A stretch of DNA of 64,000 nucleotides, taken from an uncultured Nitrospinota bacterium. Lineage in GTDB: Bacteria; Tectomicrobia; Entotheonellia; J063; CAVPRW01. The translations under genes and the position numbers were made by a program. Positions 43,427 through 53,249 of this stretch are shown here, one piece after another; the first letter of the stretch is position 1, and every line of letters begins with the position of its first letter. The notes under the pieces are model-generated. The model was not told where the DNA came from. It was given only the letters and a program-made list of their open reading frames with translations, and ran no database searches. The stretch is from the NCBI GenBank assembly GCA_963707985.1, contig CAVPRW010000046.1, forward strand, positions 109,579 through 173,578. The letters are read 5' to 3'.

Positions 43427-43624
43427 ATGTCTGCCATCCTGGCCCGGGTTCTCGGGCGTCAACGCAAGGTTCGCCGTAAACGGAAGCCCGTGACCTGCTT
43501 ACGCTGTGGGTGGACGTGGGTCCCCTACGGCCGCATGATGCCGGCGCGGTGCGCCAATCAAACCTGTCGCTCGCCCTACTGGTACACGCCGCGACGAGAG
43601 CGCCCCGAGGAGGCGCAGCCATGA
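43427..43624 (+). CDS. Small basic zinc-ribbon protein
   Basis: CLRCGWTW.P..PARCANQTCRSPYW; GAGGAG RBS; ATGA coupling to next gene. Confidence 0.75.
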   Translation: MSAILARVLGRQRKVRRKRKPVTCLRCGWTWVPYGRMMPARCANQTCRSPYWYTPRRERPEEAQP

Positions 43625-44064
43625 CGACCCCGACGTATGACACCGATTTCTACGCCTGGATGCAGGTGCAGGCGGACGCGATCCGCGCCAGGGATTTAGC
43701 CCGCCTGGACATCACGCACCTGGCCGAGGAGATTGAGAGCTTGGGCATCGCGGACGAGCACGCCATCATACAACAGCTACAACGCCTGCTCGCCCACCTC
43801 TTGAAATGGCAGTATCAACCGACGCATCGGGCGCGCAGCTGGCGCCGCTGCATCGACCAGGCCCGTGATGCCATCACCGATCGGATCACCCGCAGCCCCA
43901 GCTTGCACGACTTCCCAGCCCAGCGCTTGGCCCTGGCTTATCGGCGCGCCCGACGCGATGCGATGACGGACACCGGGCTGCCCCTAACGAGTTTCCCTGA
44001 GACGTGCCCTTGGGCGCTGGCGGACGTGCTCACGGACGACTGGTGGCCCCCGGAGGCCCCATGA
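43621..44064 (+). CDS. DUF29 family protein
   Basis: YDTDFYAW..LDITHLAEEIESLG..LLAHLLKWQYQP..SW..FPETCPW. Confidence 0.9.
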   Translation: MTTPTYDTDFYAWMQVQADAIRARDLARLDITHLAEEIESLGIADEHAIIQQLQRLLAHLLKWQYQPTHRARSWRRCIDQARDAITDRITRSPSLHDFPAQRLALAYRRARRDAMTDTGLPLTSFPETCPWALADVLTDDWWPPEAP

Positions 44065-44555
44065 GCCTCCTGTATGATACCGACTTTGGCGCCTGGCTCG
44101 AGGCGCAATTGCACGCCCTGGCGACCGGCACCTGGGCTGAACTCGACATCCCGCATTTGTGTGATGAACTGGACGACGTCCGGCGCCATTATCTCCGCGA
44201 ACTCGAATGGACGCTGACCCAGCTCATCGAGGCCCGCCTGGTCTGGGATTATGCCCCGGACGAGCGCTCGGACTGGTGGCAGGGACACATGAACGCCCAG
44301 CACAGCCACCTGGAAACATTCCTTGACGGCGCGGCGACCTTTCGGCCGGTCCTGGGCCAGCGCTATCCCGTGCTTTACCAGCACGCCATCCACGCCTTGC
44401 AGCGCTATCATCACCTCGACCCGAGCCGCTGGCCCAGGCTACCCCCGTGGCCGATCGAAGCCCTCATCGAGCACTATCAGACCGTGCCGGATGCGTGGCG
44501 GGAGAGGGCACCGCAGATGCCTCCGGGAGAGGAACGCGCTGACGGCAAGTTGTGA
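44061..44555 (+). CDS. Divergent DUF29-like protein
   Basis: LYDTDFGAWLEAQ..LDIPHLCDEL; ATGA coupled. Confidence 0.72.
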   Translation: MSLLYDTDFGAWLEAQLHALATGTWAELDIPHLCDELDDVRRHYLRELEWTLTQLIEARLVWDYAPDERSDWWQGHMNAQHSHLETFLDGAATFRPVLGQRYPVLYQHAIHALQRYHHLDPSRWPRLPPWPIEALIEHYQTVPDAWRERAPQMPPGEERADGKL

Positions 44556-44573
44556 AGAAGGAGTGTAGGGCCG

Positions 44574-44697
44574 ATGGGCATCTAAGAGACCGATTTCTAT
44601 GCCCGGACGCAGGAGCAGGCGGCGGCGCTGCGGGCAAAAGACTGGCCGGCGCTGGACGTCGACAACCTGGTAGAAGAGCTGGAGGGCATGGCGAGGA
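44574..44697 (+). pseudogene. Third DUF29 gene, internal stop, truncated by IS1 remnant
   Basis: MGI*ETDFYARTQEQAAALRAKDWPALDVDNLVEELEGM. Confidence 0.75.
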
Positions 44698-44699
44698 CA

Positions 44700-45080
44700 G
44701 TCACCAGGGTCGTCGGCCTGAAGTCAAACGGCAAATTCTTGAAAGGACTGTGCATGGCCGTGGCAGTCGTGACATGGCACGCGTGCTGCCTAGCAGTCCG
44801 ACAACTGTCATGGAAGAGGTAAAAACAAGCGCCGCTGCTTCAACACATCAATGTCCCCGTCATTGGCCAGCGGGATCCACGTGAGACCATCATTACGATC
44901 CAGCACGCCGAAGAAGCAGAAGTCGACGACATGTGGAGTTCGGTGGGGCAGAAAGCCCACCAACGATGGCGCTGGCATGCCATTAATCAGCGCACGGGCG
45001 TGGTATGAGCCGATGTGGTAGGCACACCTCAGGACGACGTCGTCTGACAGTTAAAAGGAGTGCTAGCCCCGTTGGGTAGG
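44700..45080 (+). mobile_element. IS1-family transposase remnant (InsA/InsB)
   Basis: EVKRQI..GSRDMARVL..TTV; AEVDDMWS.VG.K..QRWRWHAI. Confidence 0.72.
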
Positions 45081-45278
45081 TGTAGCGGCTCGCACTCATT
45101 GCACGCTCGGCTCGCACTAGAGCACCCGTCCTGGCCCACAATCATTGATTCTAGCGCGGGCGTCCGGCCCACATTCATTGCACCGGAGCCCACAGTATTG
45201 ATTCTGGGCTCGCAATCGCACTCCGCGGCCCACATTATTGCGACTTCGCCGGTTGGTTCCGCTCGCGATTGCGCACGC
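45081..45278 (+). repeat. Transposon-like end (5'-TGT) with about 8 direct sub-repeats; first 106 bp repeated inverted at 48126-48231
   Basis: GGCYCRCA..ATTG motifs at 45087, 45109, 45133, 45166, 45187, 45207, 45227, 45260. Confidence 0.75.
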
Positions 45279-45508
45279 CCTGATGGATGGTGCGAGTGTG
45301 CTGATCGGCGTGCTTCTTCCGTTGGTGAGGGCATGAGGAGGCCGTTGCTACGGCGTGTGTGGCGACGAGTGGAGGGCTGTCTCAAACGCGCCGTCGTTCG
45401 GCACGAGTTCCACCGGCGGGGAAAGGAGGTACACCAGCAACAGTGGTCATTGGCAAAATAGCGTTTGAATTTCCTATACACCAACCATCAGTCGCCAAGG
45501 AGTCCGTT

Positions 45509-46836
45509 ATGCAAAAAAACGCGCGGCCTCAATCGCCGTCGCTTTTGCGGTGCTGCCGCGGCAACCATTGCTGCGGGCCCGCGAGGTCTTCCCAGTCTTA
45601 TTCTTCCAGAAAGGAGCACAGCTATGAGTAACGGTGCACAACAGACGGGCAGTGATCAGACCGCTATTCGTCCGTTTCATGTGAATGTTCCGGAAGCGGA
45701 ACTTACCGAATTGCGCAGGCGCATCAACGCGACCAAGTGGCCGGAACGGGAAACGGTCACGGATGCGATCGCAAGGCGTGCAGCTCGCGACGATGCAGGC
45801 ACTCGCGCGCTATTGGGGGACGGAATACGACTGGCGGAAGGTGGAGGCGAGACTGAACGCCCTGCCGCAGTTCATCACCGAGATCGATGGGCTGGACATT
45901 CACTTCATTCACGTTCGTTCGAAACATGAAAATGCGTTGCCGCTCATCGTCACGCACGGATGGCCGGGCTCGATCATCGAGCAGATGAAGATTATCGATC
46001 CACTGACCAATCCCACGGCCCATGGCGCGAGCGCATCGGACGCGTTCCATCTGGTGATTCCGTCGATGCCGGGCTACGGCTTTTCAGGCAAGCCGACCAC
46101 TCCCGGCTGGGACCCCGACCGCATCGCGCGTGCCTGGGTCGTGCTGATGAAGCGCCTCGGGTACACGAAATTTGTGGCGCAAGGCGGCGATTGGGGTGCG
46201 CTCATCACCGATCTCATGGGCGTGCAGGCGGCTCCGGAATTGCTGGGCATTCACACCAACATGCCTGGCGCGGTTCCAAACGACATTAACGGGGCGGCCT
46301 TTACCGGTGCGCCGGCGCCATCCGGTCTCGCAGCCGACGAGCAACACGCTTTCGATCGGCTCGCTTTTTTCTATAAGCATGGCCTCGGCTACGCCCTGGA
46401 GATGGCGAACCGCCCGCAGACGCTGTACGGGCTTGCAGATTCGCCGGTCGGCCTGGCGGCCTGGATCCTCGACCACGACGAAGCCAGTGAGGCGCTCATG
46501 GCGCGCGTCTTTGCCGGCCAGTCCGAGGGCCTTACGCGAGACGACATCCTCGACAACATCACCCTCTACTGGTTGACGAACACGGCGATCTCTTCGGCTC
46601 GTTTGTATTGGGAAAACAAGCTTGCCTTTTTCGCCCCCAAGAACGTCGCCATCCCGGTTGCCGTCAGCGTTTATCCCGATGAGATCTACGCCGCTCCGCG
46701 GAGCTGGGTAGAGAAAGCGTATCCCAAACTCATCCATTACAACCGGCTACCCAAAGGCTGTCACTTCGCGGCGTGGGAGCAGCCGCAATTCTTTTCAGAA
46801 GAGGTGCGCGCGGGCTTCAGATCACTGCGCCAATAG
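45509..46836 (+). pseudogene. Epoxide hydrolase (EHN + alpha/beta fold) with Tat signal; frameshifts near 45515 and 45770
   Basis: NRRRFCG Tat motif; IRPFHVNVPE, HGWPGS, QGGDWG, HFAAWEQP. Confidence 0.85.
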
Positions 46837-47080
46837 TGGAGCAGAGGATGTTCTGATGCCTTCTACGTCAACCTGGTCATCATCCCCCGCGCAAAATTGC
46901 TCAGAAAATGGGGCGTCCTTACCCCACCACAACTTGCCGCAGGGGCAGCAGCGGTACGGGTGTGGCTTGGTCTTTCGCCTGGCGCCGGTCTCTGGAGGTA
47001 TCCTGAGAACCTGCATCGGATTCGCAGAGCTGTCCCATGGCAAGGGGAAGGACCGGGGGGTAGTCCCGGTGTCCGTGCCA

Positions 47081-48129
47081 GTGCGCTATGCCGAACCACG
47101 GCGTGCTCGCGCCAAGGTAAGCCCGAAACCTTGGAACTGGACGAGATCCCATGAAATTGGTTGTTGTGACCCAGTGGGTGAAAGCCGCAGAGGCTTAAGT
47201 CCCACCTGACCAACGCCTCGCCAGCCGGTCAGGAGCGAATCCTACGTGCTAAGCCAGTAACGGAGGTGCGGAGCGAGGGGGAGCGAGGTGATAGGCCGCG
47301 TGATAGAGCCCCGAAATTGGTATAGTCGTGGTCCGCAAGGATACCTGCAGCAGCCGTGCGGGGAAAGCCGACGGCTTGCACGCGCCGGAAGGCCGTAGCC
47401 CTGGGTGCGCTCGGGCGAGTGCTTAGGACACCACTGGGGTCTGAGAGCGGGGCAGGTCATCAAGGGGCCACTCGAGAACTTGGGAGAGCCAGTTGTCTCC
47501 TGGTCACTAATTCCCGGAAGACGAGGGGTACCGGGTGCACGAGAGCCCTGGTGCGGACGTGCGGCTGCCAGCCGTCCACGACCCGGCAACGGAACACAAA
47601 GAGCGGAAGCAGGCCAGGTATGGCAGCGCCAGCGGCACGTGAAGCGGGGCGAGAGGGGTGACTGGCAGTCGTCGTGCAGCATAGTACCGAGGGTGCGTGG
47701 GCTGGTGTCCACGCACCGGGAAAGTGGGGAACTCGGGCCCACGGGACCCACGGCAGGGAAGGCGACACTGGGCAGAACGACTGTGGGGGGGGAAGACAGG
47801 AGAGACGTTGAGCTCACCAACGGTCTCAACGACACTTCAACGGCTTGCAGAGCAGGCACGTCAGTATCCAGCGAGGCTGTTCATGACGTTGGCCTACCTG
47901 ATCGACGTGGAGTTGCTGCGGAAAGCCTCTCACCAGACGCGTCGCAATGGCGCGCCGGGAGTGGACGGGGTGACGGCGTCCGAGTATGCCGTCAACCTGG
48001 AGGCAAACCTGACCGACGTGCATGCGGGGTTGCGCAACGGGCGGTACTATGCGCCGCCAGTGCAGCGCACCGACGTGCCCGAGGAACCGGAGGCCTGAAT
48101 CGGGCACGTCCGGGTCTGTGGGGGGCCGG
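47081..48129 (+). mobile_element. Group II intron remnant with internally deleted RT ORF
   Basis: 5' GTGCG; RT N-terminus (LQRLAEQARQ..GAPGVDGVT..NL..L..GRY.APPV.R) joined directly to domain V GAGGAACCGG...CACGTCCGGGTCTGTGGGGGG. Confidence 0.85.
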
Positions 48130-48231
48130 TGCAATGAACGTGGGCCGGACACCCGCGCTAGAATCAATGATTGTGGGCCAGGACGGGTGCTCTAGTGCGA
48201 GCCGAGCGTGCAATTTGTGCGAGCCGCTACA
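48126..48231 (-). repeat. Inverted copy of the 45081-45186 transposon end (ends in ACA)
   Basis: 4 mismatches over 106 bp by eye. Confidence 0.85.
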
Positions 48232-48588
48232 ACTATTTATTGGCCCTCAATGGCACGGGGTATGTTTCCTCCCCCACGATTCACTGTGCGTCGTGTCTGC
48301 AAAAAGTTCACCGTAACCGGTCGATCACATACAACCATCAGATGTTGGGCGCAGCGATTATCCATCCGGTATGGCCATGGCGAGCAGAATCTGTCCGTGG
48401 TGTTTGCCACGTTGGTGCTACTGGCGTTTATTGTCGATCAGACCCAGCAGCACTGTTGTGCCTTGTTGCATGCGGTACGGGCAAAGCTGGGCAGTAAACG
48501 CCTGCTGTGGGAGCGGATGAGAGTGTTGTTCTCTGCCTATGCGCTTGCGTCCATGCGGCAACTGCTCGAAGCCCTGTTTTCGGCTTGA
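48232..48588 (+). mobile_element. DDE transposase remnant (ISNCY/IS4-like), internally deleted
   Basis: YLLALNGTGY.SS.TIHCASCL..HQMLGAAIIHP; YGHGEQNLSVVFA..LAFIVDQ. Confidence 0.6.
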
Positions 48589-49168
48589 AAAAGCCCACAC
48601 CCAGCTTTGCATTGGATTCCTCCTAGTCTCGCCATCGATGCCCTCCGCAACCGCGGTTCATCGAATTAGGCTATCCCCCATCAGGTGGAGAGGGGAACCT
48701 ATACCTAGATCACGAGACGAGTCTGCTTGCAACAAGACATCCTGTCATCTCTGATCGCAAAAGTCGCTTCAAAAGACGGAAACGGATGCTCGAAACGCCC
48801 AGAGAGCTGTCCTCTACCATGGTCACATCGGACTCTCAGGGCATGAGCGGGAATTGCTGGCCCTATTATAGAGAAACTGTCATACGGTGCCACTTGCGGT
48901 ATGAGTCAACGATAGCAGGCGTTTTGCATGAATCTTCGGGGTACACTTTGCTGAATATGGTACTTGGAAGCCTCTGCAAGACATTGGTGAGGCCCACCTG
49001 CCTCTTGGGCTGGATCGTTCCAAGTTGTCCGAAAATAACCTCTTACGGAAGACTTCAGGCCCACTGGGACCGTATGACACCTTCTCTAGTTTAAGGCCGT
49101 ATAGGAGGCTGCGCGAGGCTCTGCATTGGCCTACCATCTTGGGGTCACAACCAGTTCGTCAATAATGT

Positions 49169-49197
49169 TTGACATGTGGACATATATACTCTACTGT
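49169..49197 (+). promoter_or_regulatory. Sigma70 promoter upstream of modA leader
   Basis: TTGACA-17 bp-TACTGT. Confidence 0.6.
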
Positions 49198-49200
49198 TAC

Positions 49201-49310
49201 GCGCCGAGGTGATCGTGAGGTGATCGTATGGTACCACGTGAGCAGGCTTCCCCTGTCGAGGATCGCATCCATAGCCGACGGCCAGCCTCGGGCTTGAGCC
49301 GACAGGAGCT
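49201..49310 (+). ncRNA. Candidate Moco/Tuco-riboswitch-like RNA
   Basis: Starts just after promoter; CCGAG...GTATGGT...AGGCT/AGCCT stem...GCCTC-hairpin-ACAGGAG resembles the Moco motif; upstream of modA. Confidence 0.45.
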
Positions 49311-49453
49311 GGTCCGCCATGGCTGAATAACACATGAGGCGGTGAACGCCATTGGGGCGGGCATTCTGTATCGAGTACGCTTGTCACCATACGCATGCCA
49401 AGTTGCGTCGCGGAGTTGGCCTGGTAAGATGATGTCTGAGGAGAATATGTCAG

Positions 49454-50311
49454 ATGCAGCGGTCAAACAACACGCAGATAAAGCGGATAAATAGCTATAA
49501 TGTCCACCAACTGATCGGAGCCGTGCTGGTGCTCGGCTTGATGATGGCCATGGGCAGAGTGACACTGGCTGGTGAAGCGCCGCGTGTTCTAGGCGAGCTC
49601 ACGATCTTCGCCGCCGCATCGCTGACCGACGCCTTCAAAGAGATGGCCACCCAGATTGAGCAGGCCAATCCGGGCACGAAACTCACATTCAATTTCGCGG
49701 GCTCACCGACGCTCCGGACCCAAATGGCTCAGGGCGCGCGAGCCGATGTCTTCGCCTCGGCTGACGAGCCGAATATGGCTGGAGCAGAGAAAGATGGAAC
49801 CATTACGGGTCAACCGCAGATCTTCGCGCGGAATTTACTGGTTGTGGTCGTTCCTGCCAAGAACCCAGCGGGTATTCGGACGTTGCAGGATCTGGCCAAA
49901 CCCAACATCAAGCTCGTTCTCACCAATAAAGAGGTCCCGGTAGGCAATTATGCCCGACAGGCACTGGAGAAGATGAGCCAGGATCCCGCCTTTGGCACTG
50001 ATTTTTCTAAACGCGTTCTGGCAAACCTCGTTTCCGAGGAAACGAACGTCAGGCAAGTCGCCGCGAAAGTCCAATTGGGTGAAGCCGATGCCGGCATTGT
50101 ATACTCCACAGACGTAACCCCTGTCATTCGTGACGCGGTGGTGGTTATCCAGATCCCACCTGAAATGAACGTCATCGCCAAGTATCCCATAGCGGTAGTC
50201 AAGGGTGCCCAGAATGAGGCGGGCGCGCGGGCTTTCATTGCGTATGTGCTTTCTCCTGCGGGGCAGACCATCCTGGTCCGCCACGGCTTCCTGGCCGCCG
50301 GTGTGGAATGA
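49454..50311 (+). CDS. modA: Molybdate ABC transporter substrate-binding protein
   Basis: FAAASLTDAF, FAGSPTL..GARADVFASA, VPVGNYA, DAGIVYSTD. Confidence 0.93.
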   Translation: MQRSNNTQIKRINSYNVHQLIGAVLVLGLMMAMGRVTLAGEAPRVLGELTIFAAASLTDAFKEMATQIEQANPGTKLTFNFAGSPTLRTQMAQGARADVFASADEPNMAGAEKDGTITGQPQIFARNLLVVVVPAKNPAGIRTLQDLAKPNIKLVLTNKEVPVGNYARQALEKMSQDPAFGTDFSKRVLANLVSEETNVRQVAAKVQLGEADAGIVYSTDVTPVIRDAVVVIQIPPEMNVIAKYPIAVVKGAQNEAGARAFIAYVLSPAGQTILVRHGFLAAGVE

Positions 50312-50387
50312 GACCGCAAGGGACAGACGCTGAATCTCATGGTGTCGCCAGGTTGATCGCAGGAGGTTGCGAGGGAGTAGGTTACTC

Positions 50388-50747
50388 ATGAAGAATCGTT
50401 GCCGCAGGTGCGGGCTCACGAGCGAGTGCGGGGCCGACGAGACGATACGGCCCGGCTTTATGCCGTGCCGATTGCTCCTGATGCAGTTCATCGTGATTCC
50501 ACTGCCGGCTCTCACCTGACGTGCCATCGTGAACCCGGCTTTCTGGCCCAGCATACAGACTATGTCGCTCACGATTATGGCGGCCATCGAGAGCAATCTT
50601 TCGGCTGTGCTTGCTCTCGCAGTGCTCCTGGTGGTGTAGCAAGCTATCGTGCTGATCACGTCGCGTCTGTTGGCGCAACATTGGATCGATCATGAGCCTA
50701 TATCAGATAGAGCCGGGCCCGTGCCTTGCGCTGCAGCGCGGGTCTGA
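50388..50747 (+). pseudogene. modB: modB permease remnant (large internal deletion, stops)
   Basis: N-terminal LLMQFIVIPL..; C-terminal QTMSLTIMAAIESNLSAVLALAVLL. Confidence 0.6.
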
Positions 50748-50760
50748 GGGAGAAGTTTAC

Positions 50761-51834
50761 ATGGATGAATTCTGGGAACGGGCTACACAGATCTCAACCA
50801 GTGGCGAGCCTGCCATCCTGGTGACAGTGATGGCAGTGCATCGGCAGGTACCCAAAGTCTCGCCCCCCGGAACATGTATGATCGTCACGCCTACTGAAGT
50901 TGTTGGTGGGCTCGACGGTGGGGCGGTCGACAGTCTGGTGGTACCGTCTTTGCGGCCCACTCTCCTGGAACCAGCCGCCGTTCAGGATGTGACGCTCCCT
51001 GCAGACGTCGCGCATCGATACGGCATGCTCCATGGAGGAACGGTCGAGCTCCTCGTGCAGCCCCTACGCGACTTCGGTTCTGAGCTCCTGCGGGAGGTGA
51101 GCTGTGCTCTGAAGCGTGGACAGCGTGTCGCCCTGGTGACTCGATGGCAAACACACGGAGATCTTACGAGGCCCGGGGCGCCAGCACTCGTGGGGCAAGG
51201 TTTGCTGCATGGCGAGGTTGAGGAACCCGTGCTTGGGGCGGCTCTGGAAGCGTTGACTCTGGGCAGACGTGCGGTGCACTGGGAGACTGAGGGCTCTCGC
51301 GCCTTTGTTCAGGTGGTCCATCCGCCCGAGCGGCTCATCATCCTAGGGACGACGCTGGTAGCGGAGTCGCTCTGCGAGTTGGCCAGTCGCGCGGGCTTTC
51401 AAGTCACGTTGGTTGATGATACCGGCTGTGCCTCCCCCGAACGTTATCGCGGCGTTGCCGTCATCGTGCGTGAGCATGACCCCATCGAGGCTCTGCTGAG
51501 CCTGGACCTTACCCCTGACACCTTTGTAGTGGTAATGAGCGTAGGACATCGGCTCGACATGCCGGCGGTGCAGCGCTTGCGCGGACAGCCACTGCGCTAT
51601 CTCGGGATGATGGGCAGTCGTAGACGGGTGGCTACATGCATCGAGAATTTGTCGGCTGCAGGCTTTACGAAGGATGACTTGTCAAGAATCCACGCGCCTA
51701 TCGGGGTGAATCTCGGCGCCGAATCCCCCTTCGAGATTGCCGTCGCCATCCTGGCGCAGCTCATTCAAGTCATGCACAGCCAGAGCGGCTCCGTATTGGA
51801 CTGGACCATTCCCACGGTGCAGGAGGTGGGATGA
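50761..51834 (+). CDS. xdhC: XdhC/CoxI family Moco-maturation protein
   Basis: GM.HGGTVELLV, LIILG, YLGMMGSRRR, IHAPIGVNLGAESPFEIAVAILAQ. Confidence 0.85.
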   Translation: MDEFWERATQISTSGEPAILVTVMAVHRQVPKVSPPGTCMIVTPTEVVGGLDGGAVDSLVVPSLRPTLLEPAAVQDVTLPADVAHRYGMLHGGTVELLVQPLRDFGSELLREVSCALKRGQRVALVTRWQTHGDLTRPGAPALVGQGLLHGEVEEPVLGAALEALTLGRRAVHWETEGSRAFVQVVHPPERLIILGTTLVAESLCELASRAGFQVTLVDDTGCASPERYRGVAVIVREHDPIEALLSLDLTPDTFVVVMSVGHRLDMPAVQRLRGQPLRYLGMMGSRRRVATCIENLSAAGFTKDDLSRIHAPIGVNLGAESPFEIAVAILAQLIQVMHSQSGSVLDWTIPTVQEVG

Positions 51835-51982
51835 AGGCCACCCTCACGAAGCGGGTAAGCCCCTGTCATCATCTGACACAGATGGCAGGATGTGTCATCA
51901 TTTTGAGGTCGACATCTGATATCTTAGCTACAAAACACTGCGTCGAACGAGTCCAGATACATAATGACAAGGAGGATGGAGG

Positions 51983-52192
51983 ATGGACATTAGCGCACGC
52001 AATATGCTCAAGGGCAAAGTCAAGCACGTCTCGCCAGGAGCGGTCAATACCGAGGTAACAGTTGAACTGCCAGGTGGGGCCGAAGTCGTCTCAATCATCA
52101 CCAAGGCGTCAGCCGAGCGACTCAAACTAGCAGCCGGCAAGGACGTCTTTGCTGTCATCAAAGCCAGCGACGTGATGATTGCCACTGAGTAA
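51983..52192 (+). CDS. Molbindin/TOBE (Mop) molybdenum-binding protein
   Basis: ISARNMLKGKV..SIIT..VIKASDVM. Confidence 0.92.
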   Translation: MDISARNMLKGKVKHVSPGAVNTEVTVELPGGAEVVSIITKASAERLKLAAGKDVFAVIKASDVMIATE

Positions 52193-52292
52193 CGACAACC
52201 GATGATGAATGCCCCGTCTACTCTGGGAGTGGACGGGGAACGCTCACTGTACGAGTACTGGTCACCCGACGAGCATCGATTCAATGCAGGCC

Positions 52293-52817
52293 TTATGGGG
52301 CACGCCGTATGGTGAGTGCCGTGACCTGGCGTACCCAGCGCGCCTGTCGTTTCTCACCGGGGACGATGATCCGTAGCGGCCCTTCGTGAGATGATAGCGG
52401 CTGCTGGTTGCGACGGTCTACAAGCAGAATGGTCCGATCCGAAAACGCGGGATCGATCTCCGGTAAGGCAAACACCACCCGGTAGCCATCCACGGCCTCG
52501 ACCACGAGATAGATCAGCATCTTCTCGCCGCGAAGGTCCTTGCCGAGTGGCACGCCAGCCAATCGTAAGAGTTCGACGACGGCCACGCCCTCATAGAGAC
52601 TTTCCCGCCCCTCATGATCCTGCACCTGCAGCGTCTGACGGCTGAGCTTGGCAAGGTCCACCCCTTTCAAGTTCATTGGTCGTTCTACATCCCCGGCGAT
52701 ACGCAACTGGACGTCAGCATCAGGAGCGATGGGTTCACCTGCTCGGGCGCAGATGACGCCCACACAGACGGTGATGATCAACAACCACGCCAGACAACCA
52801 CGGCCGCAGAAGCGCAT
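52293..52817 (-). CDS. Exported molybdopterin-binding oxidoreductase-like small protein
   Basis: Signal peptide; YEGV..LL, DGYRVVFALPEIDP, GPLRIIVPGEKRQARWVR. Confidence 0.8.
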   Translation of the reverse strand: MRFCGRGCLAWLLIITVCVGVICARAGEPIAPDADVQLRIAGDVERPMNLKGVDLAKLSRQTLQVQDHEGRESLYEGVAVVELLRLAGVPLGKDLRGEKMLIYLVVEAVDGYRVVFALPEIDPAFSDRTILLVDRRNQQPLSSHEGPLRIIVPGEKRQARWVRQVTALTIRRAP

Positions 52818-53249
52818 GACACCCTCCGTTCGAAGCTGAAGTCCCCTATGACCGTCCTGCTCAGGCCGCTACTGACAACCTTATCTCACCTGATCACCAT
52901 ACGCCTCTGGCGAGGCTGCACGCGCATGTCGGACCTTCCTCAACGGTGGTGTCAGCACCTCTGGCCAGACATGAGCAGGTAAGAGCAGTGCAATCCTAGA
53001 GGAATGCATCCTGAACGTCAAGTATGTTTGACCTAAAATCTTCTTTCCTGTACGATAAGCCAATGTGGCCATGTGGCTCTTGTCATTTGGTGGCGAGATA
53101 GTGGCGTCTCTCCCGCTGTGGATCAGCTGTCAACGTATGACATGTGCTAAAGGGCCGCGACCTTTTCGCAGAAGACACGTGAGGATCGAGCACCGGCAAG
53201 CATCGTATCATGGTTTGGACAAAGAAGGCAGAGGAGGTGCCGTGCGCAG

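Noticed and set aside
45087..45278. Repeat array as CRISPR
   Set aside because: Repeats are degenerate, the period is only 20-33 bp with no proper spacers, there are no cas genes, and it fits transposase-binding sites.
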